Shown: piece after piece, positions 9,943-18,001 of the stretch
How the letters are laid out: each line of letters opens with the position of its first letter
Numbering within the stretch: position 1 is the first letter of the stretch
Assembly: GCA_016784195.1 (NCBI GenBank)
Contig: JADHVE010000006.1
Location: forward strand, 1-30,233
DNA from: Candidatus Woesearchaeota archaeon
GTDB lineage: Archaea > Nanobdellota > Nanobdellia > Woesearchaeales > GW2011-AR4
DNA: 30,233 bases
Reading direction: 5' to 3'
The notes under the pieces: generated by a model
What the model was told of the DNA's origin: nothing
What the model saw: the letters and a program-made list of their open reading frames with translations, nothing else
Database searches by the model: none
Translations under genes and position numbers: made by a program

Positions 9943-10034
9943 CATTAAAAATTAAAAAAAGCCAATTGTGTTCAATTTTTTATTTTTATAATTTTAATAA
10001 TAAACTAAAAAATAATCAAAGAACAAAACCAAAA
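9943..10034 (+). repeat. Copy A of a repeated upstream (promoter/leader) module; contains a TATA-like tract tttttatttttataattttaataa
   Basis: 9943-9965 and 9967-10034 are 100% identical to the reverse complement of 14074-14096 and 13935-14002. Lies between nrdR and the nitroreductase gene. Confidence 0.85.
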
Positions 10035-10041
10035 CAAAACA

Positions 10042-10057
10042 CAAATAATTGTGAATG
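10042..10057. promoter_or_regulatory. Dyad-symmetric motif CACAA-ATAA-TTGTG downstream of copy A; candidate transcription-factor site
   Basis: caaataattgtgaatg. Related sequences: cacaaataattgagt at 14011-14025 (inside the copy-B insertion) and cacataattgagtg at 20881-20894 (copy C). Confidence 0.4.
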
Positions 10058-10130
10058 TATAAAATTACTCAATGGTTTAAAATTAATGATAAAAACAATT
10101 AATGAAAAAACTGATTAAAAGGTGGTTTGG

Positions 10131-10676
10131 ATGAATGAAATCATAAAAACAATAAAAGAAAGAAGATCTATAAGGGCTTATGAAAGCAAGCCAGTTGAGA
10201 AAGAAAAGATTGATCAGATTTTAGAGTGCGGCATGTGGGGGCCTTCTGCAAAGAATGATCAAAAATGGCATTTTACTGTTATAACAAATAAAGAGATTCT
10301 GGGAAAAGTTACAGCAATGAGGGTTCAGGCAGAAACTGATAAGAACTCAATGATGGTACAAAGGGCAAAAACTATGGAAGATCCAGTTTTATATAACGCT
10401 CCACTATATGTTGTGATTACTGCTCCTGAGGATTACAATTATGCAGACATTGACGGATCAATAGCGGCGCATAACATGATATTAACTGCGCATTCTCTTG
10501 GCTTGGGAAGCTGCTATATTGGCACTGTAAAAATTTTGAAGGACAATAAAGAGTTTAAGAGATTATTGCAGGTTCCTGAAGGTCATAAAATTGTGATTAC
10601 AATTGTTTTTGGTTATGCAAAAGAAGAGCCAGAGCCCAAAGAAAGAAATCGAGATGTTGTGAGTTGGATTGAGTGA
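10131..10676 (+). CDS. Nitroreductase-family (NAD(P)H-flavin oxidoreductase-like) protein
   Basis: ERRSIRAY...KWHFTVI...SIAAHNMILTAHSLGLGSCYIG is typical of the nitroreductase fold. ATG at 10131 is preferred over the GTG at 10122 (GGTGG Shine-Dalgarno 6 nt upstream). Confidence 0.8.
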   Translation: MNEIIKTIKERRSIRAYESKPVEKEKIDQILECGMWGPSAKNDQKWHFTVITNKEILGKVTAMRVQAETDKNSMMVQRAKTMEDPVLYNAPLYVVITAPEDYNYADIDGSIAAHNMILTAHSLGLGSCYIGTVKILKDNKEFKRLLQVPEGHKIVITIVFGYAKEEPEPKERNRDVVSWIE

Positions 10677-10681
10677 TTGTT

Positions 10682-11719
10682 TTAAGGTTCCAAAACAACT
10701 TTCAAAGACTCTTTTGCATCTGAAACAATCTTAAAGCCTTCCTGAATTTTATCTAATGGCAGTTTATGAGTTATCAGGTTTTTAACATTTATTTTTTTGC
10801 TTTTTATCAAATCTAATGATTCCTGTAAATCTTTTGGCGCTGCCCCGTAGCTTGAGGTTACTGTTAATTCATTTCTCCAGAAATCTACAGTTGGGATTTC
10901 AATATTTTTGTTGGGTATGGCAAAAAACAATATTGTTCCTTTCTTGTCTATGCAGTTGAATGCCTGCTCAACTGCCTTTAAAGCTCCAGTGCAGATTATT
11001 ATCCTGTCTGCTTTTATATTTAAGCTGTCTTTTGATACACGAAAAAATTCCTTTGAAATTTTTTGCGTCTCAGAACTTGCTTTGTAATTTCTGCGGACAT
11101 CAATAACTTCATCTGCTCCAAACTCTTTTGCTTTTTTTAACCTGTATTCATCTATATCTGTTACAATAACTTTCGCTCCTTTTAGCTTTGCTAATTGTAT
11201 GTTTAACAATCCAGAGATTCCAGAGCCCAGGATTAAAACAATATGCTCTTTTTTTACATTAATAATCCTTTGGCCCCTGACGACGCAGGCTAAAGGCTCA
11301 ATCATTGTCCCTTCATCATAAGTTAGATTATCAAGTGAATAAGTTCCATTTTCTACATTTATTTTTGGGACTCTTACAAATTCAGAAAATCCTCCGGGGT
11401 CATAATTGCCTTGATGCAGGGTTTCACATGCTGTGGAGTTATCTTCTAAGCAGTATTTGCATTTATTGCATGGAACGTGATGGGAAACAAAAACTTTATC
11501 GTTAACTTTGAATTTGTCAGATTTAGATTCAATTACATCTCCTGCAATCTCATGACCCAGAACTCTTGGAGCTTTTTTGATTCTGTACCATTCCATAACA
11601 TCTGTTCCGCAGATGCCGGAAGCTTTTACTTTAATGAGAATTTCTCCTTCAGAAATTGTCGGTTTTGGAATTTCTTCTATTCTTATGTCATTGTTATTGT
11701 GATAGACTGCTGTTTTCAT
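10682..11719 (-). CDS. Zinc-dependent alcohol dehydrogenase family (threonine/sorbitol dehydrogenase-like medium-chain dehydrogenase)
   Basis: GICGTDV, GHEIAGDV, CxxCxxC structural-zinc motif (CNKCKYC), Rossmann motif LILGSGISG. Confidence 0.85.
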   Translation of the reverse strand: MKTAVYHNNNDIRIEEIPKPTISEGEILIKVKASGICGTDVMEWYRIKKAPRVLGHEIAGDVIESKSDKFKVNDKVFVSHHVPCNKCKYCLEDNSTACETLHQGNYDPGGFSEFVRVPKINVENGTYSLDNLTYDEGTMIEPLACVVRGQRIINVKKEHIVLILGSGISGLLNIQLAKLKGAKVIVTDIDEYRLKKAKEFGADEVIDVRRNYKASSETQKISKEFFRVSKDSLNIKADRIIICTGALKAVEQAFNCIDKKGTILFFAIPNKNIEIPTVDFWRNELTVTSSYGAAPKDLQESLDLIKSKKINVKNLITHKLPLDKIQEGFKIVSDAKESLKVVLEP

Positions 11720-11730
11720 AAGAACAAAAA

Positions 11731-12513
11731 TTATTTCTTTTCTTTTTCATAAATCTTATAGGCCTCATCAACCGGAATGTTGTCATGAACCACCGCTCTA
11801 ACAGCCTTTATCATCCCAATGGGCTTACTGCTTTGGAAAATGTTCCTACCCATATCAACTCCTGCTGCTCCTTTGTCAATTACGTTCTTTGCCATTGTTA
11901 AAGCGTCTTTCTCTCCTATCTTCTTTCCCCCTGCCATCACAACAGGTGTATTGCCGCAGGCTTCAACTACTTCTTCAAAGTTTTCGCAGTTATAAGTTTT
12001 GATTATATGGGCTCCTGTCTCTACACAGATTCTTGAAGCCAGCCCTAAATAGCGGGAATCTCTTGCCATATCTTTTCCAACTGCAGTTACTGCCAAAACT
12101 GGAATTCCATAATGTTCTCCCTCATCAACCAACTTTGCCAGATTAGTTATTGATTGTTTTTCAAATTCTCCCCCAATATAAACAGAGCAGGTTACTGCAG
12201 TTGCATTAATCCTGATTGCATTACAGATTGAAGTTGTGATAATCTCATTTGATAGTTCTTTTAGAATACTTTGTCCGCCTGAAACCCTTAAAACGATAGG
12301 GATGTCCATGTCTTCGCTTATCCAGTTCCTTATTGCGCCTCTTGTAATCATCAAAGCGTCTGCATAAGGCAATAAGGGATTGACTGTTTTTCCTAAGTTT
12401 CTTAAGCCGGTTGTTGGACCCTGAAAATAACCATGATCAACTGCTAACATTACGCATCTTTTTGTTTTTGGATTTATTATTCTTGCTAACCTGTTTTTCA
12501 TACCCCAATTCAT
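11731..12513 (-). CDS. DhnA-type class I aldolase (FbaB / DKFP-synthase / ADH-synthase family)
   Basis: MLAVDHGYFQGP near the N-terminus; Schiff-base lysine context IIKTY; overall length and pattern typical of the archaeal class I aldolase family. Confidence 0.75.
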   Translation of the reverse strand: MNWGMKNRLARIINPKTKRCVMLAVDHGYFQGPTTGLRNLGKTVNPLLPYADALMITRGAIRNWISEDMDIPIVLRVSGGQSILKELSNEIITTSICNAIRINATAVTCSVYIGGEFEKQSITNLAKLVDEGEHYGIPVLAVTAVGKDMARDSRYLGLASRICVETGAHIIKTYNCENFEEVVEACGNTPVVMAGGKKIGEKDALTMAKNVIDKGAAGVDMGRNIFQSSKPIGMIKAVRAVVHDNIPVDEAYKIYEKEKK

Positions 12514-12585
12514 TTTGAATAACCTCCGATAAAGTTTTTATTGAAGTAAGCTATAAGCGTATATAAAGGTTTTGCCGAAAAGAAT

Positions 12586-13335
12586 TTATTTGATTTTAGG
12601 TATAGTATTAATTAACAATTGTGTGACTTTCCTGACATTCTTATCAAACACTTCCAGAATCTCTTCCCAAGTTACTGGCTTTTCATCTTCTTTCCAGCAA
12701 TCATAGTCTGTTGACATTGCAATAGCTGCGTAGGGAATTCCTGCTTCATTTGCTAAAATGCATTCAGGGGCTATTGACATATTTATAACATCTGCTCCCC
12801 AAATCCTAAACATTTTTGACTCTGCTCTTGTGCTAAACCTGGGACCTTCGATTGTAATAACAGTTCCTTTTTGGTGAGTTTTTATGCCTGATTCCTTGGC
12901 TGTTTCAATCAAAGTATTTCTTAATTGTTCATCAAAAGGTTCAGGCATTGCAGTATGCTTTGCGTTTTCAGCTCCACCAGGGAATTTATCAAAAAAAGTT
13001 ATTTTTCTGTGGCGTGTAAAATCGATAAATTGATCTAATATTATAAAATCTCCTCTGCCTATTTCTTTCCTTAAACTGCCGCAGGCTGTTGTTGCCAGTA
13101 TATATGCGCAACCAGATTTTTTCAAAGCCTGTATGTTTGCTCTGAAATTAACTCCTGATGGAGGTATTGAATGGTCAAGCCCGTGCCTTGCCAACAAAAC
13201 AATGTCTTTATCTCCTATTTTTCCAGTTTTAACCGTTACTTCTCCATAGTCTGTTTTGATTGTCTCGTCTTTAACATTAGAAATAATATCCGGATTGTCT
13301 AATCCAGAACCGCCGATAATTCCGATTTTTACCAT
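12586..13335 (-). CDS. mtnP: 5'-methylthioadenosine / purine nucleoside phosphorylase (MTAP/PNP family)
   Basis: MVKIGIIGGSGL...LLARHG...ACGSL... pattern of MTAP. The start at 13335 lies 1 nt after the apt stop; the track start at 13350 would overlap apt. Confidence 0.85.
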   Translation of the reverse strand: MVKIGIIGGSGLDNPDIISNVKDETIKTDYGEVTVKTGKIGDKDIVLLARHGLDHSIPPSGVNFRANIQALKKSGCAYILATTACGSLRKEIGRGDFIILDQFIDFTRHRKITFFDKFPGGAENAKHTAMPEPFDEQLRNTLIETAKESGIKTHQKGTVITIEGPRFSTRAESKMFRIWGADVINMSIAPECILANEAGIPYAAIAMSTDYDCWKEDEKPVTWEEILEVFDKNVRKVTQLLINTIPKIK

Positions 13336-13336
13336 G

Positions 13337-13909
13337 TTATTCTCCCTCAAATTCTATCATGGTGAATATTTTGTAATCTTTTAATTTTTCTTTGCCTTTT
13401 AGATCAGGCAGGTCGATGATAAAAGCACATTCAAGAATTTCTCCCCCTAATTGTTCAATAAGCTGAGTTGCAGCATTAACTGTTCCTCCTGTTGCAATCA
13501 GATCGTCTACAAGCAAAATTTTCTCTCCTTTTTTTATTGCATCTTTGTGGATTTCCATCTTGTCTTTGCCATATTCTTTTTCAAACTCTGCAGAAATGGT
13601 TTTATAAGGTAGTTTTCCGGGCTTTCTGATGGGAACAAAGCCAATGCCTAATTTATAAGCTAAAACTGCTCCGAAAATGAAACCTCTTGATTCAATGCCA
13701 ACGACCTTGTCAATCTTAATATCTTTGTATCTGTTGTATAGTTCGTCGCAGACATACTTAAATGCTTCTCCGTCTTGTAAAAGAGTTGTGATGTCTCTGA
13801 ACATCACTCCTTTGATAGGCCAGTGAGGCACTGTTCTTATTTTTTCTTTGATGTTCACTAAAACCACTCCAATAAATTTTTTGCCAATAGTAATTTTACA
13901 CAATAACAA
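13337..13909 (-). CDS. apt: Adenine phosphoribosyltransferase
   Basis: FRDITTLLQDGEAF...VVGIESRGFIFG...ILLVDDLIATGGT is canonical APRT. The start is a non-ATG codon (TTG at 13909, or a GTG a few codons in). Confidence 0.85.
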   Translation of the reverse strand: MLLCKITIGKKFIGVVLVNIKEKIRTVPHWPIKGVMFRDITTLLQDGEAFKYVCDELYNRYKDIKIDKVVGIESRGFIFGAVLAYKLGIGFVPIRKPGKLPYKTISAEFEKEYGKDKMEIHKDAIKKGEKILLVDDLIATGGTVNAATQLIEQLGGEILECAFIIDLPDLKGKEKLKDYKIFTMIEFEGE

Positions 13910-13934
13910 CCATTTAACAACTATTTGTAAATTT

Positions 13935-14096
13935 TTTTGGTTTTGTTCTTTGATTATTTTTTAGTTTATTATTAAAATTATAAAAATAAAAAATTGAACA
14001 CAACCATGTTCACAAATAATTGAGTTCCGGTTTTGGTTGTATTGGCTGTTTTTATTTAATGAAATTTTTATTATTGGCTTTTTTTAATTTTTAATG
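13935..14096 (-). repeat. Copy B of the repeated upstream module (inverted relative to copy A), interrupted by a 70-bp insertion (14004-14073); sits upstream of apt and overlaps the ZPR1 3' end
   Basis: 13935-14002 equals the reverse complement of 9967-10034 (68/68) and 14074-14096 equals the reverse complement of 9943-9965 (23/23), both checked by eye. The insertion carries a degenerate copy of the adjacent CACAA..TTGTG motif. Confidence 0.85.
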
Positions 14097-14616
14097 TGCT
14101 TTTCTCTGCTTTGTCTGAAATTATTGCTGAGTTTCCTGAAGGGTCTTCAATTATTAGTTTTGAGCTTTCCTGACCCCACATTATCCTGGTTATTTTTTTC
14201 AGTAGATTTTTTGCTTTTGTCCTGTCTTCTTTTTCTTCTGCAGTGTCCCTTAATGTCTCTATCTGATGTTTTACCCTTTTGAAGATTCCTTCAATGTTTG
14301 TTATAAATCCCTGAGAAGCAGGACCTGGGGTTATTGTGGTTATGTGGGGAATCTTAATCGTGGCTTCTGAGCTTTTGACAACCCTTGTGTTTAGGTCTTT
14401 CTCTGATGAAATCTCAAAAGTATATTTTACCGGCTCTTTTCTTTCTGTGGCTTCTATATCTGCCTTGTGGTACTTGCAGTTAGAACAAGTCATTGAAAAG
14501 AGAAAAACCTTGCCGAAGTACGGAACTTCAGTCTCCTCTTCCATCAGTGTCAATGCTTTTTCGTGGCAAAACGGGCAAGGCTGATTATCCATAATGTCGA
14601 CTTGAGTTTTTGACAT
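14071..14616 (-). CDS. ZPR1-type zinc-finger protein
   Basis: CPFCHEKAL...(32 aa)...CSNCKYHK zinc-ribbon pair followed by a beta-rich domain, characteristic of the ZPR1 domain. The last 8 codons plus the stop are encoded by repeat copy B. Confidence 0.8.
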   Translation of the reverse strand: MSKTQVDIMDNQPCPFCHEKALTLMEEETEVPYFGKVFLFSMTCSNCKYHKADIEATERKEPVKYTFEISSEKDLNTRVVKSSEATIKIPHITTITPGPASQGFITNIEGIFKRVKHQIETLRDTAEEKEDRTKAKNLLKKITRIMWGQESSKLIIEDPSGNSAIISDKAEKSTLKIKKSQ

Positions 14617-14991
14617 AAACTACGGTTTTAGAATTATGTTTTTATAGTTTTCTGTTTTTTTGTTGAGGAAATGTTTTTATGGAAAAAACATTAGCTGCGT
14701 GGTTTTGAAAACTAAGGTTATTGTAGAAATGGTGGAATTCTAATGTAATATGGGTGGGAAGTTAGGGATTGCAATTAAAAAAACTTATTTTTATAGATTA
14801 TATTGTCTTATTGAAAAATATCTTAAAAAAGAATGAATAAATGATGAAAATCTGTTATCCCGAGAATAAACAAAAATTATTATGTGAGTTTAATCTAATT
14901 TTTGGATAAGAACTTTTTTTATTTCTTAAAAACTCATCTTTATAAATAATATTGAATAATATTTCAAAAAAATATTTAATCTAAAAAAGAA

Positions 14992-15417
14992 TTATTCGCT
15001 ATACTCTGAAACTTCAGAGACTTCTTTCTTTTTAGGCTCTTTTGGCTTGCCCCTGTGGATGCTGGCAAAGTTTGGAACTGCTGCAATCCAGTTTTCTCCG
15101 AAACCTGCTATGTCTCCATCAATTGCGTCACATGTTTTCTTCAGTTTGTTGATTGCTCTTTTCAGCTCTACTAAGTCCTTGTCTTTCAATGGCTTAATGT
15201 TGACCAAAGCTATGGTTCGGCCTTCTCTTAAGCAATCCAGAATCGGTTTTATTCCCTCAAAATCTTCTATAACAAACGGCCTTACTGTAATCTTTGTTTT
15301 TTCTTCTATTGCTCCTTCTGTGCCTATTTCTACATAACCTTCTTCTTCTGTTTCTTCAAGAATCTTAGAACTATCCCTCATTTTTTCCTTTAATCTTGAA
15401 AAAAAACCTGACATCAA
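14992..15417 (-). CDS. sepF: Cell-division protein SepF homologue (DUF552)
   Basis: C-terminal RPFVIEDFEGIKPILDCLREGRTIALVNIKPLKDKDLVELKRAINKLKKTCDAIDGDIAGFGENWIAAVPNF matches the SepF core. Confidence 0.7.
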   Translation of the reverse strand: MMSGFFSRLKEKMRDSSKILEETEEEGYVEIGTEGAIEEKTKITVRPFVIEDFEGIKPILDCLREGRTIALVNIKPLKDKDLVELKRAINKLKKTCDAIDGDIAGFGENWIAAVPNFASIHRGKPKEPKKKEVSEVSEYSE

Positions 15418-15541
15418 ACCACCTTTTGTAATTTTTGAGTAAAAAATTGTTTATAGGTTTTGATAAACTAACCCATATTTAAATCTTTCTATTCACAGCG
15501 AAACATTTTTAAACAAAGGTTTTATTCGCTTTTAATATAAA

Positions 15542-15832
15542 ATGGCTAAAAGAATAGGCGGTTCTAGAAGAAAGAGTAAGCATAAACTCAGTAAAGGAAT
15601 TAGGGAAAAAGGAAAAGTTACTATCCCTCAGTATTTACAAAAGTTTAAATTAGGTGAAAAAGTGTATCTGCATATAGAACCGGCAGTCCAGAAAGGAGCA
15701 TATCATATGAGGCACATGGGCAAAAGTGGCATAATAAAAGAACAATCAGGCAATTGCTACGGTGTGTCAATAAAAGACGGCGGCAAAGAAAAATTATTGA
15801 TGATACATCCTGTACACCTTAAGAGGACATAA
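15542..15832 (+). CDS. rpl21e: 50S ribosomal protein L21e
   Basis: MAKRIGGSRRKSKHKLSKGIREKGKVTIPQYLQKFKLGEKV...YHMRHMGKSGII is an L21e signature. Confidence 0.9.
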   Translation: MAKRIGGSRRKSKHKLSKGIREKGKVTIPQYLQKFKLGEKVYLHIEPAVQKGAYHMRHMGKSGIIKEQSGNCYGVSIKDGGKEKLLMIHPVHLKRT

Positions 15833-15833
15833 A

Positions 15834-16181
15834 ATGACAGAAAAAAATATTATAACTGAAACTCCAATAAGTATGTATGATCTTAAAGAGGAGCTGGCAA
15901 AAATAAAAAAGAGAGATAAAGAATTAAATTTTAGGGCAGCAAAAACAGAAGAGTACCTGCAGCAGGTAATGAGCTTTAAAAAGGCAGGTGAGCTTTATGA
16001 TAAATTAACTAAACTGGATATCCCCAGGTTAAGAGAGCAGCATATCAAAAAGATAATCGATCTTCTGCCAAAAACAGTAAAAGACCTTAAGGTTATACTT
16101 CAGGGCTATACTTTAACAATCAATAATGAAAATGCGAAGAAAATAACTGATGCTGTTAACAAATTTAGCGATAAAGAATAA
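15834..16181 (+). CDS. rpoF: DNA-directed RNA polymerase subunit F (Rpo4 / Rpb4 homologue)
   Basis: 115 aa immediately after L21e. TEEYL...HIKKIIDLLPKTVKDLKVIL fits RpoF, and L21e–RpoF–DUF655 synteny is conserved in Archaea. Confidence 0.65.
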   Translation: MTEKNIITETPISMYDLKEELAKIKKRDKELNFRAAKTEEYLQQVMSFKKAGELYDKLTKLDIPRLREQHIKKIIDLLPKTVKDLKVILQGYTLTINNENAKKITDAVNKFSDKE

Positions 16182-16493
16182 TTGCTTTTTCTGTGAAAAA
16201 AAATATCTATCATTAAAAAATTACCAATAAGAGCAGAAACATGATAGGATCTAGTTGTGAATTGTTTTTATGATTTTATGTATTATTTATTTTTTGAATA
16301 ACAAAAAATATTTTTATTTTAAAAGTAAAAAAAGACATAAAGAATAGAAACAAAAAAAACACAAATAAATGTTATAGTGTAAATTCACCTAGGGTAAAAA
16401 AATTAATTGAAAATATGTGAAATATTTTGAGATAATACATGCTTTGCAAAAATTACAAATATTTATAAATACTTATGTTTATATTGTAGAAAA

Positions 16494-17420
16494 ATGAGGG
16501 TGGAAATAGATAAAATACATAAAGATAGCTATAGCAAGCTGGCTGATGACGTGAATAAGAAGTCTAAGAGCTTTAAATCGAAAGACTACAAAGCAAGCTT
16601 GAGTTATGAAAGCTTATTGTTAAACAAGGACATTTCAGTTGAGAAAAAAAAGAAAGCCTTGATTGAAAGGCTGCATAAATTAATTATAAAGACCTTTTCA
16701 ATTGATTTAAGCAAGATAAAGTCAGAAAAAAAGATTTTAGAGGTTTTGAAACATAATATAAGAGTATTAAGGAAGATTGTTGATAAACTGAAGGATATAA
16801 ATTATTACCTTGAAGAAAGCTTTTTAGCAGAGCTTGGGCTGATAAAAAGAAGCTTAAACATTAATAAAAACAAAAGCCCTGAAAGATTAATAGAGAATGC
16901 AAAATTTTCATTGAGCAAGCAGTATTTGTGCAAATTAGAGCATACTACCTATAAACTAATTGAAAAAATAATATTATTTGATAAAAAATTATTAAAGGGC
17001 TATAAGTCAAAAGAGGAGAAGATTATTGCTAAAGAGAAGGTTGTAATAAAAGACATAAATAATGTTTTAAAAAAGCAGTCAGAGCTTTTCAACCATTTAG
17101 AGGCAAAACTTCCCCCCCCGAGCAAAATAAAGCCTTTACTGCTGAAAAAAAAGATTTTCAACCAATGGATACCTGTAGTGTTGACATTAATGACTGCATG
17201 TAACAGCGAATATAGAAAAGAAGAGATGATTTTTGAAAAATTAAAGAAAAACAAGAAAATAAAACAGATAATCAATAAAAAAATATCATCTTTAGAGAAA
17301 GAAAAAGCAGGCCTGATAGGGATAAAGCAAGAAAGAGTTATGGGAAGGGCAAAATTAGGCGGTTTAGAAAATGAACTAAGGATTATGTTCCACGATTTTA
17401 ATGCTGTTAAAAACTTATAA
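16494..17420 (+). CDS. Hypothetical lysine-rich (coiled-coil-like) protein inserted between rpoF and the DUF655 gene
   Basis: 308-aa ORF preceded by a 310-bp AT-rich gap. No recognisable domain. Contains a C8 homopolymer at 17112-17119. Confidence 0.5.
   Translation: MRVEIDKIHKDSYSKLADDVNKKSKSFKSKDYKASLSYESLLLNKDISVEKKKKALIERLHKLIIKTFSIDLSKIKSEKKILEVLKHNIRVLRKIVDKLKDINYYLEESFLAELGLIKRSLNINKNKSPERLIENAKFSLSKQYLCKLEHTTYKLIEKIILFDKKLLKGYKSKEEKIIAKEKVVIKDINNVLKKQSELFNHLEAKLPPPSKIKPLLLKKKIFNQWIPVVLTLMTACNSEYRKEEMIFEKLKKNKKIKQIINKKISSLEKEKAGLIGIKQERVMGRAKLGGLENELRIMFHDFNAVKNL
17112..17119 (+). repeat. Poly-C homopolymer (8 C) inside the 16494..17420 CDS
   Basis: ttcc ccccccc gag encodes LPPPS. 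A C/G homopolymer of 8 is rare in roughly 30%-GC DNA. Confidence 0.9.
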
Positions 17421-17421
17421 A

Positions 17422-17994
17422 ATGGAAACACAAAAGATAGAAAAGAGCAAAGAAGAAACTGCAATAATACTTGACTTTTTGCCAAATGGATATCCATTTG
17501 ATGAAAGGCCGAGCTATGTCAAGACTGCAATAGCTCAAGCTCTTGGAAAAGAAAGATTTGTATTGTTAGAATTAGTTCCAAAAAAAGAAATGCATCTTCA
17601 GCCATATGAAGAAGTGTATATCGGCGAAGGCAAAAGAGACAAAATACACCATATAGTCGGAAAATTAAATTCTAGCAGATTAACAAGAACTGCCAGAACT
17701 GAATTAGAGCATATCATAAAGGAGATTGTAAAGAAAACTGAGGCAAGGTTTGTGGATTTTTTCAATAATGCAAGGCCTTTAAGTACGAGGATGCACCAGC
17801 TTGAGCTTCTTCCTGGCTTAGGCAAAAAGCATATGTGGCAGATAATTGAAGCAAGAGAAGAAGAGAAATTTAAAAGCTTTGAAGACTTAAAGAAAAGAGT
17901 AAAGCTTATGCCTGACCCTGAAAAAGTAATAGTAAAAAGAATATCGCGGGAATTAGACGGCAATGAAAAGCACAGGCTGTTTGTTGATATTTAG
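17422..17994 (+). CDS. DUF655-family protein (archaeal, conserved partner of L21e/RpoF)
   Basis: AIILDFLPNGYPFDERP...AQALGKERFVLLELVPKKEMHLQPYEEVYIGEGKRDKIHHIVGKL matches the DUF655 conserved core. ATG at 17422 follows the upstream stop by 1 nt. Confidence 0.75.
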   Translation: METQKIEKSKEETAIILDFLPNGYPFDERPSYVKTAIAQALGKERFVLLELVPKKEMHLQPYEEVYIGEGKRDKIHHIVGKLNSSRLTRTARTELEHIIKEIVKKTEARFVDFFNNARPLSTRMHQLELLPGLGKKHMWQIIEAREEEKFKSFEDLKKRVKLMPDPEKVIVKRISRELDGNEKHRLFVDI

Positions 17995-18001
17995 TTCTAA
18001 A

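Noticed and set aside
14668-14692. Hairpin aatgttttt-atgg-aaaaaacatt upstream of ZPR1
   Set aside because: The stem is 9 bp but is A/T-only, and it is far from any gene end. AT-rich palindromes of this size are expected by chance at this composition.
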